Shown piece by piece: positions 36,252-44,550 of a DNA stretch of 57,108 nt. Source of the stretch: an uncultured Oscillospiraceae bacterium. Its GTDB lineage: Bacteria > Bacillota > Clostridia > Oscillospirales > Oscillospiraceae. The stretch is taken from assembly GCA_964495965.1 (NCBI GenBank), contig CAZBXX010000001.1:1-57108 (forward strand), written 5' to 3'. Position numbers and translations under genes: made by a program. Positions within the stretch are counted from its first letter, which is position 1; each line of letters begins with the position of its first letter. The notes beneath the pieces were generated by a model. That model saw nothing but the letters and a program-made list of their open reading frames with translations, was not told where the DNA came from and did no database searches.

Positions 36252-38414
36252 TCAGGTGCTTGGCGTATAGTATTTCCATCCGCGCCAGTTATAGGTTGTG
36301 TTCCCCGTATCTTTCCACTTGCTGTTGATCCAGATCCTTCCCGCCGTCGGCCAGAACTCAAACATGACCACCATCACGTAATACTTTGACATGACGACCG
36401 TTCTCATCGCGTTGAACTCGTTGCACGTGCTCAGCTGCGACGGCATGTTCGTCCAGGCCGGGTACCGGGCATCACCCGCCCCGCCGTGCCAGACGTCAAA
36501 GGTCTGGTTCTTTTCGGACCAGGGGTTTTCCTCGTCAATCGTCAGCACGTCCCGGTTCAGGATCGCGCTGGTCGACCCCTCGCTCGCATCCGCGTGCAGG
36601 CCGAAGTCCAGCAGGTTCACCCCGCCCAGGAACACGCCGCCCGGGGTCGGCAGGTCCACGGTCCCCGGCATCGGGGTCTCCGTTACCGTTTTGCGGTTGT
36701 GCACGGTCCGCTTCTCCGGCGCCACGCCGATGCCCACCGCCGTGCAGTTCCCGTCCCGCATGGCCACCACGTCCTTGTGCTGCGCCGCCAGGATAATCTG
36801 CCGCACCACCGCGCTGCTGACTTTGTCCTCTGCCGTCACCTGCACCGTAACCGGGTCGTCCGCCGTCGGGTTTATCATTCCGAAGGTGGCGCTCTGCACC
36901 CCGTTGGTCAGGGTATGGCTCTGCCGGTCCGCCAGCACCATGAACGTCAGCGTCAGGTCGTTCCCGGTGAGCCCGGTGTCATAGGTCGCGTCCGCCTTCA
37001 CCCGCAGGTACAGGCCGCCGTCAAGCTGGTTGCCGTTGCTGTCGCAGCGGTAGGTCAGGCTCCTGTCAATCACCAGGCCCGGCGCCGTGTAGGTTTTCAC
37101 GCCGGTCAGGTAGTTATAGACCCTGTAGTTCATTCCCCGGACGTCCGTTACCGCCACCATGACCGGCATGTTGTTCGCCGTCACCGCCGCCGGGGCCGTC
37201 CCCTCATACTTCCCGGTGCCGGGGTTCAGCGTCAGGTTGAATTCCTCTGTGCCGTAGCCGCATTTCACGGTCGAGATCCCGGCGCTGCTGCCCGGCGTCA
37301 CCGTCGCCGAAACATTAAACTTCGAAATCCCCGCGATGTACGTGTTCGGGAAGTACGTCGCCGCCTTCCCCTGCTGCGCGATGGTTATCACAAAGTCCGC
37401 GCTCGGGCACATGTTGTTCCCCGCCGCCAGGGTGAAGCTCGCCGTCGCGGCGGTGTAATAGTACATGCTCGCCTGGATCGTGATCGAGCTGAGCACCGTA
37501 ATGCCGGAGTCTTCAAACATCTGCTTCAGCGCCGCCGCATTAAACGTCGTGGACCCGCTGCTCGCCGTCGCCGTAAACGTGCTCGTCCACAGCTGGGTCG
37601 ACCCGTATTTCAGGTACAGCGTCACGCTCTCCCCCACCAGCAGGGACGACCAGTTCAGCGTAATGCTGCTGTCGCTCGTCACGCTGTTTGCCGAAAAGCT
37701 CAGCTGCGGGTAGCTGGTGCTCACGGTCCCGGAGTACCCCACCACGTCGTTGGAGACCTTCGTCGCCCGCACCTGGAAGCTGTGTGTCCCGGTCATCCCC
37801 GGGATCGTGATGCTCGCCGACGTCGACGTTCCGGAGTAGAAGGTGGTCCAGCTCCCGCTGTTGTCCTTGCAGTACTGCCACGCGCAGCAGCTGGCGTCCG
37901 CCGTGGCGTTCAGCGTCACGCTGCCGTTGGCGCTCGTGGTTGTAATCAGCGTCAGGTTCGCCGGGCTCCGGTCGATGGTCGGCAGCGTCACCCGAATGCC
38001 GGTCCCCTGGGAGTATTCGCAGTTGTAGCTGCCGCCCCTCGGATGGAACACGTTGAAGTCGCTGTAGTTCCCCACGGGATGCAGGACCACGTTGAAGTAT
38101 GGCGCCGTCCCGCTCCGGAAGTCATCATGGTCCACGGTGAACGTCAGATACGGCGACCATCCGCCCAGCGTCACCCAGCCGCTCCCGTAGGTGCTGAAGA
38201 TGTCCCCGTAGTATTCCAGCGAGTCGTCTGCGTTGCTGAACACGATTTCCCCGTACGCCGTCCAGGTGGCCGTCCGCCCCTCAATGGACTGGAACTGCAC
38301 GTCCGTGATCTCCACAAAACTGGTGTTTTCCGCCGCGTTCTGCGTCACTTCATATTCAATCCGGATGTATCCTTCCCAGTTCCGGTCTTTCGGGAATGTT
38401 GCGTAGTAGGCCAT
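36252..38414 (-). CDS. large Ser/Thr-rich structural protein (tail/adhesin-like)
   Basis: 720-aa ORF in the late operon with a beta-rich, Ig-like-looking repetitive composition. No catalytic motif was recognised. Confidence 0.5.
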   Translation of the reverse strand: MAYYATFPKDRNWEGYIRIEYEVTQNAAENTSFVEITDVQFQSIEGRTATWTAYGEIVFSNADDSLEYYGDIFSTYGSGWVTLGGWSPYLTFTVDHDDFRSGTAPYFNVVLHPVGNYSDFNVFHPRGGSYNCEYSQGTGIRVTLPTIDRSPANLTLITTTSANGSVTLNATADASCCAWQYCKDNSGSWTTFYSGTSTSASITIPGMTGTHSFQVRATKVSNDVVGYSGTVSTSYPQLSFSANSVTSDSSITLNWSSLLVGESVTLYLKYGSTQLWTSTFTATASSGSTTFNAAALKQMFEDSGITVLSSITIQASMYYYTAATASFTLAAGNNMCPSADFVITIAQQGKAATYFPNTYIAGISKFNVSATVTPGSSAGISTVKCGYGTEEFNLTLNPGTGKYEGTAPAAVTANNMPVMVAVTDVRGMNYRVYNYLTGVKTYTAPGLVIDRSLTYRCDSNGNQLDGGLYLRVKADATYDTGLTGNDLTLTFMVLADRQSHTLTNGVQSATFGMINPTADDPVTVQVTAEDKVSSAVVRQIILAAQHKDVVAMRDGNCTAVGIGVAPEKRTVHNRKTVTETPMPGTVDLPTPGGVFLGGVNLLDFGLHADASEGSTSAILNRDVLTIDEENPWSEKNQTFDVWHGGAGDARYPAWTNMPSQLSTCNEFNAMRTVVMSKYYVMVVMFEFWPTAGRIWINSKWKDTGNTTYNWRGWKYYTPST

Positions 38415-38417
38415 TCG

Positions 38418-39269
38418 TCACGCTCCTATGTAGTTCAGGGAGAACACGTGCTTCCCGTTGATGATCTCCGTCTTGCTCTCCCAGTACCCGCCGTGGCTGA
38501 TCTTCTCTTCCACGAAGATGCTGCCCACGTGCAGCATGCCGTCCTCCGAGTTGAACCAGCCCTTCTTGTATCCGTCAATCCAGAACTGCCAGCCGGTCGA
38601 GGTATACAGGCCGAAGGTCTGCCCGCTGGTCAGGTAGTAGTAGGTGTAGCCGTCGCCGGGGTTGTTCGCGTCGCCCGGCCCGCACTCCCCGGCAAAGCGC
38701 AGGTTCTGGCTGATGGCGATGCCGGTCACATAGGTGCTGGTGCTCGGGTCCAGCACAATGCCGCGCCGGATCTCCCCCTGCACATTCGTGAAGTACGCCT
38801 GCACCAGGTCGATGTCCGCCTGCAGGCTCTGGATGGCACTGCCGTAGTTGTAGCTCTCCACCACGCCCCTGGCGGTGGTCTCGATGCGGCTGTTGATGCT
38901 CTCCGTGAAGGTCCCGTACTCGCTCCTCGCCACGTACAGGCTGTTATATTCCTCTTCCTTCCCGTCCACGTACTCGATAATCCCGCCGTCCGCGTCGGTA
39001 TAGCCTTTCGTCACGTCCTCGGCCGCCTTGATAATCAGGGCCTTGAGCTCTTCCGCGTTCTTCCGGATCGCCGCCGCGTCCGCCGTCCCGCCCGCTGCGG
39101 CCACATAGGTCTGCCGTCCCTGGCTGTCCCTGCCGCCCGGCTGCACCGCCGGGGCACCGGTGACGGTTTCCAGTGTCCCGGCCATGCGGAACAGGTAGTC
39201 CCGCAGCGCCGCCACATCCCGTTTCGCGTCCCCCGACATCAGCGGGGGCTTTTCATTCCACGCCATCAC
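38418..39269 (-). CDS. structural protein, unknown function
   Basis: 283-aa ORF. An ATGA overlap links it to the upstream gene and a 3-nt gap separates it from the downstream gene. Confidence 0.5.
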   Translation of the reverse strand: MMAWNEKPPLMSGDAKRDVAALRDYLFRMAGTLETVTGAPAVQPGGRDSQGRQTYVAAAGGTADAAAIRKNAEELKALIIKAAEDVTKGYTDADGGIIEYVDGKEEEYNSLYVARSEYGTFTESINSRIETTARGVVESYNYGSAIQSLQADIDLVQAYFTNVQGEIRRGIVLDPSTSTYVTGIAISQNLRFAGECGPGDANNPGDGYTYYYLTSGQTFGLYTSTGWQFWIDGYKKGWFNSEDGMLHVGSIFVEEKISHGGYWESKTEIINGKHVFSLNYIGA

Positions 39270-41014
39270 ACATCGCTCCCCGTTTCCAGAATCCTTGCAA
39301 TGGAGTAGATCTTCACCTCGCCCCTGCCTTCCAGCCGCATCCGCATATGGTCACAGCGCCGCGGCCGCACCGGCACCACCGAGGTTCCCGCCTCCGGCAC
39401 GCGCACCTCGCCCATGTACTGCCACAGGCCGCTGCTGTCGTATTCCAGGAAGATCTGCACCCGCGATCCTCTCGCCATGCTCAGCCGGATGTCATAGCGG
39501 CTCACGTACTTCCGGTCCGGGTAGCTGTAATACTGCATCCCGGTCTCCGCTTCCCATTCCACCGCGCTCTCCTGCGTGCCTTCCGTCCCGTTCAGGGCCG
39601 TAATGCCGTTGTCCGCCCAGGCGTACAGCTCGTCGCCCCACCAGGCGAAGCCTTCCGCGTGCAGCTCGTCTTCCCGCATCCACAGTCCCTGTGACGTGTC
39701 ATACACAAACAGGTTCCAGTTGTTCGCGCCGTCCCGCATGCTCACCACATAGCGGTGTCCGTACACGCCCGCCGCGGCCTCGTAATACAGCACGTCGCCC
39801 AGGGCCTGCCCCACTTCCGCAGGGATGCCGCCCTGATACGCCATGATCCCGGTCCGGCTCTTGTAGTACAGCGTCTCTCCGACCACCGCCAGCGAGCGCC
39901 AGGACCCCTCCTGCACGCCTCTCGCGGGGATGTCCCCGATCTGATGCGCGCCCACCGGGGATACGCTCACCGGGTGGATGATGTTCTCCTTGAAGAAGGT
40001 CGGCGTCCCGTTGTAGTTCACGCAGCCGGTCCACGGCCCGTCCGAACCTCTGGACGCCCGCCACGAATCCGTGCTCACGCCCAGGTACTGCTCCCAGTTC
40101 CTGAAGTCCCCCAGGGCGCAGCAGTACACCTCGTTGATGTTCTGCGCGCCGTCGTTGCCGTAGAAGCAGCCCCACAGCCGGTTCTGCGCCTCGCACACGT
40201 AGTCCATCTCCGGCACCTTCCGCTCGATCCGGATGGTATCCGTCTGCGTCCGCGCCGTCTCCTGGATCCCGATAATCACGATGTAGTCCTGCCCGCTCTC
40301 GGTTCCCACGGCGTACAGGATCTTGCTCCCGTTCAGGCTGCTGGTGGCGTCCTCGTACATGCCGGTGATGTTCACCCCGTCATATTCCTTAAACGCCTGC
40401 GTCACCTGCCCGTTTGTGGTAAAGTCCACCCGGGTGTACACCGTCTCGATGACCACCCAGGTCTCCGTGTACACGCTGTATTCCTTCACGCTCCCGCTGG
40501 TGGTGTCGATCCACACCGCCCCGCTCACGGGGTTGGCCGGTTCCGCCGCGCTCTTGGTCACGTTGTCGTAAATGGTCCCGTCCTGATGGCACATGGAATA
40601 CGTGACGCTGCCCTCATAGTTCCACACCGCCCCCATGCTGCCGTAGTCCGTCAGGTCCATCGTGTTCAGGTACTTGGCGTCCGGGAACACGCAGATGTAC
40701 GCCCCCATGCTCACCAGCTGCGTGGGCCGCTGCGTCTGCAGCCCCGTCAGCCCGGTGGCATAGCCGTTTGCGTACAGCGTGCCGTTGTCCACCCAGTACA
40801 GCGCGTCCTTGGCAATGATCCCGTGCAGGTTCGTAAACGTGTTCGTCAGCCGTCCCCGCGGGTTCCTCGGCGAAAACAGCGGGTAATACTGTGTCGTCAG
40901 GTTCTGCGTGTCGTACCATTCGCCGTCCCCGATCTTCAGTTTGTGGTTATAGCCCAGAAACGTGTCGGTCATCATGCGGGATGTGGCCCGCGCCCTCACA
41001 CTCGGATGGTACAT
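39266..41014 (-). CDS. structural protein, possibly beta-propeller-like tail/nozzle component
   Basis: 582-aa ORF with recurring Trp/Tyr-Gly blade-like segments ('LYWVDNGTLYANGY', 'LYYKSRTGIMAY', 'ELYAWADNGITALNG'). Confidence 0.45.
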   Translation of the reverse strand: MYHPSVRARATSRMMTDTFLGYNHKLKIGDGEWYDTQNLTTQYYPLFSPRNPRGRLTNTFTNLHGIIAKDALYWVDNGTLYANGYATGLTGLQTQRPTQLVSMGAYICVFPDAKYLNTMDLTDYGSMGAVWNYEGSVTYSMCHQDGTIYDNVTKSAAEPANPVSGAVWIDTTSGSVKEYSVYTETWVVIETVYTRVDFTTNGQVTQAFKEYDGVNITGMYEDATSSLNGSKILYAVGTESGQDYIVIIGIQETARTQTDTIRIERKVPEMDYVCEAQNRLWGCFYGNDGAQNINEVYCCALGDFRNWEQYLGVSTDSWRASRGSDGPWTGCVNYNGTPTFFKENIIHPVSVSPVGAHQIGDIPARGVQEGSWRSLAVVGETLYYKSRTGIMAYQGGIPAEVGQALGDVLYYEAAAGVYGHRYVVSMRDGANNWNLFVYDTSQGLWMREDELHAEGFAWWGDELYAWADNGITALNGTEGTQESAVEWEAETGMQYYSYPDRKYVSRYDIRLSMARGSRVQIFLEYDSSGLWQYMGEVRVPEAGTSVVPVRPRRCDHMRMRLEGRGEVKIYSIARILETGSDV

Positions 41015-41022
41015 CTCACACC

Positions 41023-41565
41023 TCAGAAATAAATCTTTCTCGTCTGCTTCGGCATGTGCGTCCGGTTGAAGGCGTTCCGGAACGCGCCGTATTCGGCCTC
41101 AAACATGGCGTTCTCGTTGTTGTAGCTGTCATACTCCCGGTTGTTCCAGTCGATCATTGCGGCCAGCCAGTGCACGTACATGCTGTCGTAGGGTTCTCCC
41201 ACCAGCAGCTCGGCCTGTTCGTCCTCGTTGGTGTAGCCGTTAAAGACCAGCTGCCCATCGTCCTCTTCCGGCGGCATCCCGGTGATGTCCAGCCGCCGCC
41301 AGCCGCTCTCGGTCTCCGGCGTCTCCGTGCTGCCGGTCTCGGTATCCCCGGTCCCCGCATCCCCGGTGCCGGTCTCGCTGCCGGTCTCGCCGCCGTCGTC
41401 CTGCGGCAGGAAGGGCGCCTTCTCTTCCTCGCTCAGCCGGTGGGTCAGGATAATCTGCTCAAAGATCCTCTTGTCCAGCCGCGACAGCCACTTTATTTTC
41501 ACCTGCATCCCGTACATGTTGGGCTTCAGGGCGTCTGCTTCGTTAATCGCTTCAAAGACTTTCAT
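41023..41565 (-). CDS. head-proximal structural protein (possible connector/adaptor) with an acidic Gly/Thr/Glu linker
   Basis: 180-aa ORF with a GGAGAGGGG RBS. The central low-complexity segment reads 'GGETGSETGTGDAGTGDTETGSTETPETE'. Confidence 0.45.
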   Translation of the reverse strand: MKVFEAINEADALKPNMYGMQVKIKWLSRLDKRIFEQIILTHRLSEEEKAPFLPQDDGGETGSETGTGDAGTGDTETGSTETPETESGWRRLDITGMPPEEDDGQLVFNGYTNEDEQAELLVGEPYDSMYVHWLAAMIDWNNREYDSYNNENAMFEAEYGAFRNAFNRTHMPKQTRKIYF

Positions 41566-41624
41566 GCTCTTTTCCCCTCTCCGTATTGCAAAGCAGGGAG
41601 CACGTTCCCGCGCTCCCTGTCATA

Positions 41625-41771
41625 TCAGCGGGGTTTCCGCTTCGGTGTTCTGGTGGTGCCGGTCCCGGTGCCTCTGCCCACGGGTCCGGTGCCGAGCCCG
41701 GAGCTGCTCCGGGTAATCGGTCTTGCTGTGCCGGTCACGGTCCGCTTCCGGCTGGTCGGTCTGTTCGCCAT
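41625..41771 (-). CDS. possible 48-aa Arg/Lys/Thr/Gly-rich miniprotein
   Basis: The ATG lies 9 nt after the upstream stop, with GAGG 6 nt upstream. My own translation is MANRPTSRKRTVTGTARPITRSSSGLGTGPVGRGTGTGTTRTPKRKPR: 12 Arg/Lys and no Asp/Glu. It falls below the track's length cutoff. Confidence 0.3.
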   Translation of the reverse strand: MANRPTSRKRTVTGTARPITRSSSGLGTGPVGRGTGTGTTRTPKRKPR

Positions 41772-41779
41772 GCCGCGCC

Positions 41780-42034
41780 TCAGTTCTTGGACCGGTGCTG
41801 CTCCTGAAACTCCAGGCTCTCGCGCATCGCGTCTTCGGAGTGCTCAAGGACCTCAGCAACGCAGGCCGGTACTTTCACGTCAACGCCGCGCTGGATCATC
41901 CACGTGCGTTCGTTCACGCGCACAAACACGTCACTCGTGTCTTCCCGGGTCAGCGGCAGGCGGATCACCACCAGCTCTTCCCCTTCATAAACGTTTTTCG
42001 CGGTTGGGATTTCTGCGGTCTTTTTGGTAGCCAT
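41780..42034 (-). CDS. small capsid-associated protein (unknown, possibly decoration)
   Basis: Start chosen at ATG 42034 (AAAGGAG RBS, 6-nt spacing) instead of the track's TTG at 42049. It lies immediately downstream of the capsid gene. Confidence 0.5.
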   Translation of the reverse strand: MATKKTAEIPTAKNVYEGEELVVIRLPLTREDTSDVFVRVNERTWMIQRGVDVKVPACVAEVLEHSEDAMRESLEFQEQHRSKN

Positions 42035-42054
42035 AATTGCTCCTTTCAAGAATG

Positions 42055-42084
42055 GGGAGCGGGAGAGGAAAGTCCCCCGCTCCC
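42055..42084 (-). terminator. stem-loop just after the major capsid gene (attenuator/RNA-stability element)
   Basis: A 9-bp GC stem pairs GGGAGCGGG with CCCGCTCCC between the capsid stop (42095) and the next RBS. The U-tract is weak. Confidence 0.3.
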
Positions 42085-42094
42085 GTTAAGGTAC

Positions 42095-43117
42095 TCAGTT
42101 GGCCTGAGCGGTCGCGCTGTAGCGCTTGCAGCAGTGCTCGACACGGATGAGATACTCCGGCAGGAGAATCTCGGCCGTCTTCAGGGCCTTCCAGCCCACG
42201 CTGCTGCGCTGGTCCAGCGGGTCGGCGGTACCGGCGGAGCCCTTCTGCTTCACGATGGTCTGCAGGCCGCCGCCGGAGACCTCGGTGACGCCGTAGGCGC
42301 CTTCACCGAAGAAGAGGCTGCCGAACACGGCAAGGTTCGCCGGACACCCGGTGCCGGTCCAGATCTTGGCCTCGGTGCTCTGCACGAAGCGCACGCCGCC
42401 GATCTGTCCGATCTCACCCTGATAGATGTTGGTGGTGTCCACGTACTTGTGCGGGTCGCGCCAGTCGGGGTCACGCATCAGGTCATAGGCCGTAAACGGG
42501 TGAATGATGCCGATGTAGTAGCCGTCGATGGTGGGCGCGTCCATTGCACGCAGGTTGGCAACCACCTGCTCCACAAGGTCCACGGTCAGCACGGCGGTGG
42601 CGTCGAGGTTGGCGCGGGACGATACCGCGGTCTCGGCTCCGGTGCTGGCGTTGATCTTCGGGGCGTACATCACGTTGGTACCGGCCACAAGGATGTCACG
42701 GGTCACGGTGTCCAGCGTCTTACCGGCCTGACGGCCCAGCAGCTTGGTCGCCTCAAGGATCGTGTTGTCAATGGCGGTGAGCTCGAGGATGTCGGACTGC
42801 ACGATGAAGTCACCGTACTGCACGACGGTCGCGGTCAGCGCCGTGACGTCGAGGATGTTGCCTGCCGGGGTCACGCCTTCGGTCAGGGGCGTCAGCGCCT
42901 TGCCGAGCGGGCTGAACTTCCGGAACTCGATGGTCTTGCCGCCGTTCTGGGGGATCGGCCGTTTCTGGCCGAACTGGTCATGCACAAGGTTGGCCTGTGC
43001 ATAGTCGAGAAGACGCATGTCGTAATACGTCTTCATTTCCGGGGACAGGTCGTTCCCGGTGCTGTTCAGCAGCGTGGTCTGGACCGCGAACAGCTGAATG
43101 AAATCAAAAAGTTTCAT
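42095..43117 (-). CDS. major capsid protein (HK97-fold, N4-gp56-like by recollection)
   Basis: 340-aa ORF directly after the scaffold gene. Its N-terminal 'MKLFDFIQLFA|VQ' matches the Prp cleavage-type motif also found in the scaffold. Confidence 0.8.
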   Translation of the reverse strand: MKLFDFIQLFAVQTTLLNSTGNDLSPEMKTYYDMRLLDYAQANLVHDQFGQKRPIPQNGGKTIEFRKFSPLGKALTPLTEGVTPAGNILDVTALTATVVQYGDFIVQSDILELTAIDNTILEATKLLGRQAGKTLDTVTRDILVAGTNVMYAPKINASTGAETAVSSRANLDATAVLTVDLVEQVVANLRAMDAPTIDGYYIGIIHPFTAYDLMRDPDWRDPHKYVDTTNIYQGEIGQIGGVRFVQSTEAKIWTGTGCPANLAVFGSLFFGEGAYGVTEVSGGGLQTIVKQKGSAGTADPLDQRSSVGWKALKTAEILLPEYLIRVEHCCKRYSATAQAN

Positions 43118-43164
43118 GGTGATAGTCTCCCTTCATAATCATGTTGTTCTGGGAGACGCCCGTC

Positions 43165-44091
43165 TCAAAAGACGATCCGCTCTCCCCTTGCCACGCGGCG
43201 GTCTATCTCGTCGCGGTCGGCTTTGGTGAGCTGCGACACATCACTCTTGACGGTTACAGGGCTGCGGTTTCCCATCGCGCCTTCCAGCGGCCGGTTCTGG
43301 CCTGCCCGGATGTTGTTGGCGACCTTCTCGGTGATCTTCTGGGCGGTGAACTGCATCGCCGCCGGGATGATCTCATCCTTGTGAATCACTTCAAAAGCCG
43401 TCTGCAGCGGGACGTTGGACATCAGAAGATTCCGGAACTGCTCATTCTGCAGTTCCCCCTCAAGGCTGAATCCCGGATACACGTCCCGGACGTGCTTCTC
43501 CTGCTCCAGCCAGTCGGAGTAAATGCGGTCCGCGGTCTTCTGCCGCTCGGCATTCTCCATCTGGGCCTTGAGTTCAGCGTTTTCGCGCTGCATCTTCCGG
43601 ATCTCCTTGACCTGCTCCACGGTGAGTCCGCGTTCAAGGGCCTCGTTCTCATAAAAGGTTTCGTCGTCCTCAATCGCCCTGCTGAGTGCGTCCACGTCAG
43701 CCGCATCGACGCCGTACTTCTCTCCCAGCAGCTCCAGTACCGGGGCCAGCGCGTTGTACTTCTGGACGGTATCCGCCGTGCCCTTCAGCCGTTTCTGGAT
43801 CGTGTCCTGTACCCTTGCGTCGTAGAGGTCCTTGTACTCCCCTTTGATGAGAGCCTCAAACTGTGCATTCCTGTCGTCTGCTTCCTGCACCCCGGCGTCC
43901 GGTGCGGTCTCCTGCTTGCCGTACTGCACGCTGGCAAGCGGATTCCCTTTTACGCCCGATGGCTGAGCGACTGCCCCTTCAGCTCCGGCAGGTCCTTCCC
44001 CTGCCGCGCCCGCTCCGGTGCCGCCACCCGCTCCGCCGCCTTCCGCGAAGAGCTGGATGTCGAAGAGAGCGCTTAGATTTCTTTTGTGCAT
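43165..44091 (-). CDS. capsid scaffolding protein
   Basis: 308-aa acidic, helix/coiled-coil-rich ORF between the protease and the capsid gene. Its N-terminus reads 'ALFDIQLFA|EGGGAGGG'. Confidence 0.7.
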   Translation of the reverse strand: MHKRNLSALFDIQLFAEGGGAGGGTGAGAAGEGPAGAEGAVAQPSGVKGNPLASVQYGKQETAPDAGVQEADDRNAQFEALIKGEYKDLYDARVQDTIQKRLKGTADTVQKYNALAPVLELLGEKYGVDAADVDALSRAIEDDETFYENEALERGLTVEQVKEIRKMQRENAELKAQMENAERQKTADRIYSDWLEQEKHVRDVYPGFSLEGELQNEQFRNLLMSNVPLQTAFEVIHKDEIIPAAMQFTAQKITEKVANNIRAGQNRPLEGAMGNRSPVTVKSDVSQLTKADRDEIDRRVARGERIVF

Positions 44092-44142
44092 AGATGCCTC
44101 CTGCGGTAGGTCGCGACCCTTTTTGTCCGGACGCCCTGCGTC

Positions 44143-44547
44143 CTATATTGAATCAGCACCGGACTCCTGCGTTGTGCCCGCCTCATCCCCCGGCACTGTT
44201 TCAACCACGGTTTCAAAGCCTTTCAGCTCCATATTCTCCGGATAGCTTTCCGCCAGCAGCCGCATCCCGGTATACGCGATCCAGTACAGATGCAGCGCTT
44301 CATGGTAGTATTCCGGCTCCGGTTTCACCACCACGCGTACCCGCCCGTTGCGGATCATGATGGCGGGCTTCTTCTGCAGCTTCCCGTACCCGTACATGTC
44401 TTCCGCGCACTGGGCCACGGTCATCGCCAGCACGCTCGCCCCGGCGCACACCGGGTCCTTCCCCAGCTCCGCAAAGCCTGCGTGCCCTTTCACGTCCATC
44501 AGGATGGCCCCGGCGCCGGTGCACATCTCAAAGGTTGCTGTCGTCAT
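44143..44547 (-). CDS. Prp-family cysteine protease (ribosomal-processing protease homologue) for prohead maturation
   Basis: 134-aa ORF with the His/Cys dyad context 'GHAGFAELGKDPVCAGASVLAM', which matches the Prp 'GHA...D.VCAGAS' signature. Confidence 0.85.
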   Translation of the reverse strand: MTTATFEMCTGAGAILMDVKGHAGFAELGKDPVCAGASVLAMTVAQCAEDMYGYGKLQKKPAIMIRNGRVRVVVKPEPEYYHEALHLYWIAYTGMRLLAESYPENMELKGFETVVETVPGDEAGTTQESGADSI

Positions 44548-44550
44548 GCC

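Noticed and set aside
41620-41859. Track ORF of 79 aa on the minus strand.
   Set aside because: It would overlap the upstream 84-aa gene by 80 nt and has no RBS. The alternative 48-codon frame starting just after the stop is more economical, but it is itself low-confidence.
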